In this document: positions 53,936-64,000 of the stretch, in pieces
Layout: the number at the start of each line of letters is the position of its first letter
Position numbering within the stretch: the stretch's first letter is position 1
DNA from: Eledone cirrhosa
Lineage: Eukaryota
DNA length: 64,000 nt
Reading direction: 5' to 3'
Assembly (NCBI GenBank): GCA_964016885.1
Contig: OZ024743.1
Coordinates: 310,558,001-310,622,000, forward strand
Translations under genes and position numbers: made by a program
Notes under the pieces: generated by a model
Told to the model about the DNA's origin: nothing
Databases searched by the model: none
Seen by the model: the letters and a program-made list of their open reading frames with translations, nothing else

Positions 53936-54344
53936 GCATATACACAGATACAGAAATATATATGCACATGTCCACATATAACTAACAACATACAGATCCA
54001 CATATGCAATAACACCCATACCTGTAGAAACCAACATACACAAAAACACATACAGACATACATACGTATCTAACTAGTTGATATCTAAATTACAATGAAA
54101 GAATCTTGTTTCTATGTTAAAAATTAAAAACCGGCTGTCACCCTCTATTGGTAGAAATCTATAAAATAATACATAAATAGAAATACATAAACATATATAT
54201 ATACATACAATAAAATCTTTTTTAAGATGTTAACATGAAATACAATCAGTGATGGAAAGCATTGTCATCTTTCTGTAGTATTGCAAATAAAAAAAAAGAA
54301 ATATTTGTTGCATTACATCTAATCTAAAACATATCTAGAAATGT

Positions 54345-54408
<64 letters not shown>

Positions 54409-54412
54409 CACA

Positions 54413-54505
<93 letters not shown>

Positions 54506-54508
<3 letters not shown>

Positions 54509-56263
54509 ACGGGAAAAAACGAATATAGTACGTCATTAATAGGAGCGGTGAAAAATAATTACGCGCAAAGACAGAACCACGTTTATGGTATAAAAGAAGT
54601 CGTAGACTAATGTTCTCTTAGGTGCTTCATCGAGACGTTCTCTGGCAATGACGACTCTATTTGGATAAAAAAATCCAATAGTACCCCATTCGACGTCAGT
54701 ATAGGCGCCAGCGATTCTGCGGAGGTTACTGATCTTATCGGCCTTTTCCTTCTTTTCTCTATCAAGGACGAATTCCCCAACGCGGGCGGTGGTTTGTACC
54801 GTGATGATGGTCTTTTGACCATGACTAAGTGCGGACCTCGTGCTTGCGACAGGTTCAGAAAAGAACTCAACACCTTCTTTAAAGGATTCAACCTCTCTAT
54901 ACAGGTTGAGGCCAATCTCTCGGTCTTTAATTACCTCGACGTTACCCTCAATTTATCGAATATGTTGTATTACCCGTATAGAAAGCCGAATGATACGCTT
55001 AATTACATAAGTAAGCATTCCACCCATCCTGCCAGCATAACCAAGAACCTGGTAAGAAACGTTTCGTTGAGGCTTTCCCGTCTATCTACTAACGAGCATA
55101 TTTTCAACGACCATTCCACTTATTACAATGAAGCTCTTTCTCGGAGTGGATTTGTCGATAAGGTAGCATATACAGAGTACGAAAATAGACCGAGAAGAAA
55201 TAGATCCCGTCGCATTTGTTGGTATAACCCACCATATAACATGGAGGTGGCCACACCATTAGCTAAGATCTTTCTTTCCCTTATTACGAAGCATTTTCCC
55301 CCTACACATAAATATAGTAACATTTTTAAGAGAGATACTATTAAAATTTAACCTTGCACATATCATCACAGCTTCAAATTTAGCTAAACTACCTAGCCGT
55401 AGGAACACATGCAACCCTGTAGTTAGTACTAACTGTAATTGTAGGAATCGGGTTGATTGCCCCCTATCCGGGAAATTCCTCTCTAGTAACATTGTCTACA
55501 AATGTAAGGTTGAAACACCCACGTCCCGTAGGGCCTACATAGGGTTAACCGCCAATAAATTCAAGCAGCGTCTTTACATGCATACCCATTCTTTTCGTTA
55601 CCCTCTAAGAAGGAATATGACGTCACTTTCAGCTTATATCTGGAGTCTAAAAGACAACCACGCCCAATATAAGTTACACTGGGAGATCCTAGCTAGGGCT
55701 AGATCCTATAACGGAAATAAAAGACCATGTTACCTCTGCGCCGCTGAGGCTCTGGAAATACTCTACGCCACAGATCGCATCTTAAACAAAAGATTTGAGG
55801 CAATTTCGGCTTGTAAACATAAATTGCACAAAACTTTCCTGTATTACAGCCCCACGTTATACCGTAACGGATAGTACGATCTATACGTGGATATTTTACG
55901 TCTTGATGTGGTAGCTAAGTATATTTTTTGTTTATACCATTACTTATTTGCATAGGTAAGTATATATTACCTGTATATTTTGTGAAGGTACGTATACTTT
56001 CTCGTACGAATATTTGATTGTATATGTTATGGGGTATAATTTTTTATATATTCTGGTACATATGGTTTGGTTATGTGTATACGGGAGTTTTGCGTCTGTG
56101 TGAGTATGCGGGTTCGTACGTATGTAGGGTGTGTGTATATGTGTACTTCATGTTTTGGTTGACTTACGTCTCCGAACATTTGTGTATTTACATGTAGGTA
56201 TGTGTGTGCGCTTGTTATATACGTATTTATTTATATACGTTTATTTAATTATTTATTTATTTG

Positions 56264-56346
<83 letters not shown>

Positions 56347-57233
56347 TTATACGTGCATGGTTTTGTATACCTATGGCAAGTGTTTTCGCGTATGCTTGTG
56401 TATGTACGTATTTGCATGCGTGTATGTATTTATTTAATTTCTATTACCTCTGTATTGTATTTTATTTACTTTATTCTTAACTCTGAAGCGGAGATTCATT
56501 CGGTTTACTAGTTAGAATTTCAGTCTACGACTTCAGCTATACCATTTATGTGGTTTTGTCTTTGCGTGCAATTTTCTCCACGCTCCACATATGACGTAGT
56601 ATCTTCGTTTTTTTCGTTCATTGCCAGAGAACGTCTCTATGAACCGCCTAAGAGAACATTAGTCTACGACATCTTTTATACCATAAACGTGGTTCTGTCT
56701 TCCGCGCGTAATTGTTTTTCACCGCTCCTATTAATGACGTAATATATTCGTTTTTTCCCGTTCTTTGCCAGGGAACGTTTCCACGAACCAAAGTATCGTC
56801 TTCCTCCGGTTGCAATGTTTTTTGAAATATCCACTTCTGCGTTTACAGATTGACTTTGTTAGTTTCAGAAATAATATATATATATATAGTAATAATAATA
56901 AATTTGAAGACTAAAATCCAAAGAGGGCTCGATAAGGATAAATATATATCAAATATATAAGAACCGTAGAGCAAATATTTATTAAAATAACAGATTAAAG
57001 TTTAAGCAAAAATCGCTGCTTTCACCCTTAACGGGATCTTCTGAAACTAACAAAGTCAATCTGTAAACGCAGAACTAGATAGAACCAAAGTATCGTCTTC
57101 CTGTCTTCCTCCGGTTGCAACGTTTTTTGAAATATCCAGTTCTGCGTTTACAGATTGACATTGTTAGTTTCAGAAGATCCCGTTAAGGGTGAAAGCAGCG
57201 ATTCTTTGCTTAAACTTTAATCTGTTATTTTAA

Positions 57234-57240
<7 letters not shown>
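54506..57240 (+). mobile_element. 5'-truncated Penelope-like element (Hydra-type motifs) with inverted 5' pLTR piece, ~1-kb 3' pLTR and a further inversion
   Basis: 54506-54650 is the reverse complement of 56618-56763. RT-EN runs 54650-55874 and pLTR to 56870. 56888-57075 is inverted and 57080-57240 is direct. A4-variant HHRs at 56999-57048 (-) and 57166-57216 (+). Confidence 0.92.
54650..55874 (+). pseudogene. PLE RT C-terminal half + GIY-YIG endonuclease
   Basis: FDVSIGASDSAEVTDLIG, GLYRDDGL, NYLDVTL, WYNPPY; CNCRNRVDCPLSGK, NIVY..YIGLT..FKQRLY.H, CYLCAAE, LNKRFE..CKH. Confidence 0.92.
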
Positions 57241-57275
<35 letters not shown>

Positions 57276-57457
57276 AAAAATATTAACAGAGAAAGCTTTA
57301 AGCGACACTCTGACCAACTCCATCTCACTCAACAAACATTAGGATATACCTAAGTATAATCCCAATTAAGTGTTTGAGGTGTTAACTGTATAGTATTCCG
57401 TGGAAAGTTTGTTGTATTATTTTATATGAGATATAATGAAATAAATCTCTATTTCTT

Positions 57458-57580
57458 TCCATACGATTGTTTCGTTATAAGAATTCTACAAGTTGGGATA
57501 AATAAAGTCCAAATTATGTAGAAACTTGTATATAATCCATAGATATACACACAAGCGGTCCCTTATAACTCATCAGTGGA
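57458..57580 (-). ncRNA. Type-I hammerhead ribozyme with very long stem II insert
   Basis: tcca-CTGATGA-GTTATAAG..(~80 nt)..CTTATAAC-GAAA-caatc-GTA-tgga. Confidence 0.8.
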
Positions 57581-57964
57581 TGCCCATAAAATATTGATAT
57601 GAAAAATTACATCGATCTTAATAATTAGTGATGGTCTCCGTCAGTGCTAGAAGGACAGCTAAATTTGAAAAGCCAGAAGTCCTTCAAAAACATAAAAATT
57701 TACACTGTCCCCAAAGGGGAAAGTGGAGATCATCGTAAAATATAAAATAATATACACGCTGGTCATTGAAACCTGTTAGGTATTTTAACCACGTGTTTAA
57801 GAACTCACTTGGATATTTAAAAAATAAATATATGTATGTACCAACTATACACACAGAGAGATATTTAAAAAATAATAAATATATGTACGTACTATCTATA
57901 CATACATATAGGTATTTTCTCAGGCAAGAATATCAGACACGAGATATAGAAAAATGCAATCATA

Positions 57965-58031
<67 letters not shown>

Positions 58032-58116
58032 GGTGAGTTTTATTGTAGCACAATAAAGCAATGCAAATATCGGATAAGTAGCACTCAACAGAGTTTATAG
58101 GACTGGAATATAAATA

Positions 58117-58479
58117 ATATAAAATCAAAAGATAGTTAAAATAGTTCCATGTATTTTATGCGCATTTCAAAAACAAATATCATCATGGGTGATATTTGCG
58201 TTCTAATCAGATAAAATAGGGAGACATGATATGAAGCTTAAAAAACACTTGCGAGCAGTGAAGTGTCAAATCAACATATGTTGATTTGACACTTCACTGC
58301 TCGTAAGTGTTTTTTAAACATGTATGTTGATTTGACATTTCACTGCTCGCAAATGTTTTTTAAGCTTCATATCAATTCTCCCTATTTTATCTGATGAGAA
58401 CGCAAATATCATCCCATGATGATATTTGTTTTTGAAATGCGCATAATAAAATACATGGAGCTATTTTAACCATCTTTTG

Positions 58480-58488
<9 letters not shown>
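58117..58488. repeat. Fold-back pLTR-like element with a duplicated ~45-bp segment at the apex
   Basis: 58117-58278 versus 58279-58488 reverse complement. atgttgatttgaca..tttttaa occurs twice. Confidence 0.88.
58383..58453 (+). ncRNA. Type-I hammerhead ribozyme
   Basis: tattttat-CTGATGA-gaac GCAAATATCATC ccat GATGATATTTGT tttt-GAAA-tgcgc-ATA-ataaaata. The mirror copy has CTGATTA. Confidence 0.9.
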
Positions 58489-58537
<49 letters not shown>

Positions 58538-58671
58538 TTAACTTAAATCGTCTCTATTGTATTGTTTTCATATAAACAAAATAAAATATCTCTTGCTTTT
58601 TTCAATAATATAAATAATTGTATATATATATATATAACGAAGGAAATATATATATATATACATATATATAT

Positions 58672-59760
58672 TTACGTGGATTTTTTACGTCTTTATGTGG
58701 GAGCTAAGTATATGTTTTGTTTATACCATTACTTATTTGCATAGGTAAGTATATATTACCCGTATGTTTCGTGAAGGTACGTATACCTTCTCGTACGTAT
58801 ATTTGATTGTTTATGTTATGGCGTATAATTTTTTTATTTTTTATTCTGGTACATATGGTTTGGCGATGTGTATACGTGAGTTTTGGGTCTGTGCGAGTAT
58901 GCAGGTTCGTACGTATGTAGGGTGTGTTTATATGTGTACTTCATGTTTTGGTTGACTTAACTCTCCGAACATTCGTGTATTTACATGTAGGTATGTGTGT
59001 GTGCTAGTTATATACGTATTTATTTATTTATATACATTTATATAATTATTTATTTATTTGTATACACGCATACACACACACACATTTATATGTGCGTGGT
59101 TTTGTATACCTATGGTAATTGTTTTGCGTATGCTTGTGTATGTACGTATTTGTTTGCGTGTATGTATTTATTTATTTCTATTACTTCTGTATTGTATTTA
59201 TTTACTTTGTTCTTAACTCTGTAGCGGAGATTCATTCGGTCTCCTAGTTAGAATTTTAGTCTACGACTTCTGCTATACCATTTACGTGGTTTTGTCTTTG
59301 CGTGCTATTGTTCTCCACGCTTCACATATGACGTATTACCTTCGTTTTTTCGTTCATTGCCAGAGAACGTCTCTATGAACCACCTAAGAGAAAATTAGTC
59401 TACGACCTCTTTTATACGATAAACGTGGTTCTGTCTTTGCGCGTAATTGTTTTTCACCGCTCCTATTAATGACGTATCTTATTCGTTTTTTCCCGTTCTT
59501 TTCCAGCGAACGTTTCCACGAAACAAAGTATCGTCTTCCTGTCTTCCTCCGGTTGCAACGTTTTTGGAAATATCCACTTCTGCGTTTACAGATTGACTTT
59601 GTTAGTTTCAGAAGATCCCGTTAAGGGTGAAAGCAGCGATTCTTTGCTTAAACTTTAATCTGTTATTTTAATAAATACTTGCTCTACGGTTCTTATATAT
59701 TTGATATGTATTTTCCTTATCGAGCCCTCTTTGGATTTAGGTCTTGAAGTTTATTATTAT

Positions 59761-59765
<5 letters not shown>
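58672..59765 (+). repeat. Solo pLTR (~1.1 kb) of the 54.5-kb PLE family with A4-variant HHR at 59604-59654
   Basis: Colinear with 55885-56870 plus 57080-57240. agttt-CAGAAGA-t CCC gttaa GGG t-GAAA-gcag..ttg-CTT-aaact. Confidence 0.9.
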
Positions 59766-59827
<62 letters not shown>

Positions 59828-59829
<2 letters not shown>

Positions 59830-60451
59830 AAATTAGAATTGGTGCTCTGAAATAGCGTTATATATATGAATGTATATATAGTGTATTTTGCAATACACTG
59901 TATGCTTAATTAAAAGCATTTCGAAGACCTTACGCTATTGTTATAGAGTAGTGACAGTTTCACTTACTTTAAATTTTCAGCAAACAGGGGAGATAAAGCT
60001 GACAGAGCTCTGTTTCGTACTGATTGGTACTTATCAAAGCCAATACTCCACCTGTTTGCTGAAAATCATGAATGTTTGATTCTTATAGAATTCTAGTAAT
60101 AATCAGGAACTGATTATACAGAGCGAATGCCGGTCAAGCAGAAATTGAGAATTAGAATTGGTGCTCTGAAATAGCGATATATATATATATGAATGTATAT
60201 ATAGTGTATTTTGCAATACACTGTATGCTTAATTAAAAGCATTTCGAAGACCTTGCGCTATTGATTTAGAGTAGTGACAGACTCACTTACTTTAAATTTT
60301 CAGCAAACAGGGGAGATAAGCTGACACAGCTCTGTTTCGTACTGATTGGTATTTGATTCTTATAGAATTCTATAAGAATCAAACATTCATGATTTTCAGC
60401 AAACAGGTGGAGTACTTGGCTTTGATAAGTACCAATCAGTACGAAACAGAG
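59828..60451 (-). repeat. Retrozyme-like ~320-bp unit (~1.65 copies plus inverted piece) with U3-A8 HHR at 59998-60040
   Basis: aattagaattggtgctctgaaatagcg at 59831 and 60150. gct-TTGATAA-GTAC caatca GTAC-GAAA-cagagctct-GTC-agc. Confidence 0.88.
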
Positions 60452-60539
60452 TAGAAGAGAGAGAGGGACAGAACAAGAAACAGAGAGAATGTCTATAGGA
60501 GGGAAACAGCGACAGAAAGAAAGAGACAAAGAAAAAAGG

Positions 60540-60587
<48 letters not shown>

Positions 60588-61042
60588 AGGCTTTGTGAGA
60601 GAAGGGGCTGGCAAAAAGAGAGAGGAAGAAGAGGCTGTGTGACAGGGGAAAGAAAGAGAGGGTGAGACAGTAAGTAAACACCTGTTGCGATAAGAGAAGC
60701 AGACGACAATATAAAATATTAAACACGATATTAGAAACATATTTTTGTAAATATGACAATATTTTATATATAATGCATAGATAAATCTACATATACAATT
60801 GCATGTGTTTAGTAAAAAATATATGTGTATGTACGCATTTGAAAACACGTATACATAAATGAAGGTAGAAGTAAAATACTTATATAGTAGATGATAGACG
60901 ACTATATACGCACATATAAATAAGAATAAATACATACATTAACATATAACAATGAAATGGTAAAATAATATAATAAAAACTAAAGATAAAAATAAAAATA
61001 AAAATAAAAATAAAAATAAATAACCTTATGCAAAAAAATATA

Positions 61043-64000
61043 TCTATATATTAATTTCAACAATGTTATTATTCCGTGTGTCATAATTCTCGATTATCAT
61101 TGGTTCATAGGTTTCAAACGACTCCGCCCACTTCAACAACGCCAAACTGAAATTAATATGGATAATGCCAATTAGGGAGTGAGAAGGGAGAGTGTGAACG
61201 CTGTGTTTGATACACTATGTATATGTGTCAGTGTAGAGACATGTGTGTGATGTGTGTGGAAATAAGAGGGGAAGGAAAGCAATAACTATTAACATGTGTG
61301 CGTGTGTATGTACGTGCGTGTATCTTTATGTGTGTGTGCGTGCGTGCAGCGTTCCACAGAAAGTAAAAACTATCAGCATGTGTGAGTGTGTGCGTGTGTA
61401 AGTTTGCGTGTGTGTGCGCGTTTCCATGCGTGTATGTGTGTGGCGTGCCACAATCGCCACGCAGTTTATCTGTCTGTGTGCCTGTCTGTCAGTCTAACAT
61501 ACACAGAGTGGTGAAGGGAGTAAATAGGGACCTTTCTTTACATTGCCGAACATCTTTTATATTTATTATTGTGTCATTTTTTGACAATTGCTCGAAGTGA
61601 ATACTGACAATAAAAGCAATTCGACCCTTATCAAACAGTGAACTACAGCGGCGATGGCGTGCAGCCAGCAATGAAGAAAAACGGGCCGAACAGCGCCATC
61701 GGAACACCGAACTTCAGAGGCGAAGACGTGCCGCCAACAATAAAGAGGAGCTGGCTGAACAACGCCAACGAAACACTGGAGCCAATCAGCGACGGCGTGC
61801 TGCGATGGTGGAAGACGAACTGGCTGAGCATCATCAGCAGATGCCAGAATTCAGCAGCAACGGTGTGCTCCGATGGATGAAGAGGAGCTGGCTGAACAGC
61901 GCCAGCGCAAAACAGAAGTTCAGAGAATGTATCGCCAAAGTATTCCTCATTCCAGTAAAGAGGCCAGAACGCGAACGAATGATATTAAAAATGGATCATG
62001 GCAACCGTGTCATTTTCAGATTGGTGGACGAGCAGAGTGCCCACATTGTGGAGCATTGCTTTGGAGGCACGAAAAGACGTGGGCCACAATGTGCTGTCAT
62101 AAAGGAGCATTTCAACTAGAACCCTTGCGAATTCTGGATGATGAGCAGTCACCGGAGTTTAAAATACTAATTATGTGGGGTGATCAAGGAGACCGAGGTA
62201 GATTACTGCGCAAATATTCGCGGCAAATTAACAATTCATTAGCTTTAGCAGCGCAGAGAGTTAGTGAACCGAATGTAGTCATTCAAGGCCGTTTGTATCA
62301 TTGTATCGGTAATTTAGATGTTACCCAAGGAGTGAGGCCTCGAGTCGCTCAAATTTACGTTAACGATCCAGATTATAGTGAATCGGAGGAGGATATCAGG
62401 ATCGGTTGGATGAAGTTGCCGGGAAATATAACTGAACTTGAACGGCAAAGGTTAAGTGATTTGATCCGTGATTTGCAATCCTGGCTTAGAGAGTGTAATC
62501 CTTATGTTATGGATTTAATGTTGGTGATTGAACTGCAAAATGTTCAGCAGCAAACATTGGTGATTAAGGCTGACGCCGTGCCAAGGAATCATTACGAACG
62601 GCGATATAATGCCCCTGAAGGATTTCGCTAAGTTGCTGTGTTGATGGACGATAAGCCTGGATCGAGAGACATCCTCCTGAATCGCAGAGATGGTGGTCTC
62701 AAGACTACCAATGAGTCAAATAGCGCATACGATCCATTGCATTATGTTCTTTTATTCCCAAAAGGTGAAAATGGATGGAACATGTCTGTTCATTTAGATG
62801 ATCATGATAATCAGCATCAACAGGGAGGTGGCAATAGACACAATAATTCGATTCGCGACTTTTACGCGTTCCATTTGAACGAGAGGAATCAACAGAGAAA
62901 TGCGCTATTTCAAGCCAGCAGATTGTTCCAGGAATACTGTTGCATGGCGTTCGCAAAGATCGAAAATCAAAGGCTAAATTATATAGCTACACATCAGCAA
63001 CATACCAGAGCTGAATTGTATAATAATATACAGGATGCGGTAACAGCCGATGATGCCAATTACAAGCAAATTGTTCGACGCATCATTTTGCTATCGTCGT
63101 TCATCGGCGGCCCGAGATATAAGAACATTCGCTATCAGGATGCAATGGCTATTGTCAGAAAGTTTGGAAAGCCAGATTTGTTTATAACGGTTACATGCAA
63201 TTCTGAATGGACTGATATTAAGGATGCACTTTTGTCAGGACAACAGCCAGAGACCGTCCTGATATTGTGGCAAGAGTATTCAAAGGATATCTGAAAAAGA
63301 TAATGGATGATGAAGAAAGAGAGGGAATCTTTGGAGGTATAGTTGCTTTTACATACGTAATTGAATTCCAAAAAAGAGGATTGCCACATGCACTTTGCTG
63401 ATCATTTTACATAGAGATTGCAAATTGAGATGTGCTGAGGATGTTGACAGCATTGTGAGTGCTGGACAGCCGGAGAATGAGGCACTACGCAAATTGGTGG
63501 CAAAGTCAATGGTGCACAACCAATGCGGAGTGAAAAATCGGAAAGCGCCTTGCATGAAAAATGGCCAATGCAGTAAGCACTTTCTGAAATCTTTTGTCAC
63601 GAACACTTCCTGGAACGATGGGGATGCTCATCCCTCATACAGAAGACGGTCGCCTGCCGATGGCGGTTTGGTCGAAAATGTAAACGGTCGACAGGTTACA
63701 AATCAGTGGGTTGTGCCATACATTCCATATTTGATTATGAAATATCGTTGTCATATTAATGTGGAAATTTGTAGCTCAGTGAAAGCTTGCAAATATCTAT
63801 TCAAATATATTTACAAAGGTCATGATCGGGCAATGATCAATGCCAGGAATGAGGAAGCGAACCAAGGAGATGAAGTTGGCAGGTTCCAGGATGTTCGCTC
63901 GATTGGATCTAGCGAAGCTTGCTGGAGATTGTTCGATTTTGATCTCAATGAACGCAAACCCAGCGTTCAGAAACTGACGGTTCACTTAGAGTATAGGCAA
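61043..64000 (+). mobile_element. Helitron (5' end and Rep pseudogene), running off the window
   Basis: 5' A|TCTATATATT. CPHCGALLW..CC, YDPLHYVLLF, KPDLFITVTCN (motif 1), YVIEFQKRGLPHA (motif 2), KYLFKYIYKGHD (motif 3). Homologous to 18700-22928. Confidence 0.95.

Overview
AT-rich, repeat-saturated animal genomic DNA with no recognisable host gene. The SINE and LINE repertoire suggests an octopus or other coleoid cephalopod, which is an inference. The window is a patchwork of dead mobile elements: at least eight Penelope-like element (PLE) copies or fragments (RT and/or GIY-YIG), four RTE-clade LINE copies (one near full length with a PHD finger), an R4/Dong-like fragment, two related Helitrons in opposite orientation, a mini-Helitron, tRNA-derived SINEs and many (TA)n, (CA)n, (CT)n and (CTA)n tracts. 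The main hidden signal is RNA-level. By eye I can fold about 24 type-I hammerhead ribozyme (HHR) motifs from about 16 unrelated sequence families, most in elements bounded by (TA)n. Several lie in non-coding 310-520 bp units arranged as 1.x-2.x partial tandems with inversions. This is the layout expected of retrozyme-like circular RNAs copied by a PLE reverse transcriptase. Recurrent core variants include U3-A8, A4 and an unpaired 10.1/11.1 position. All structures were read manually and none were computed or searched.
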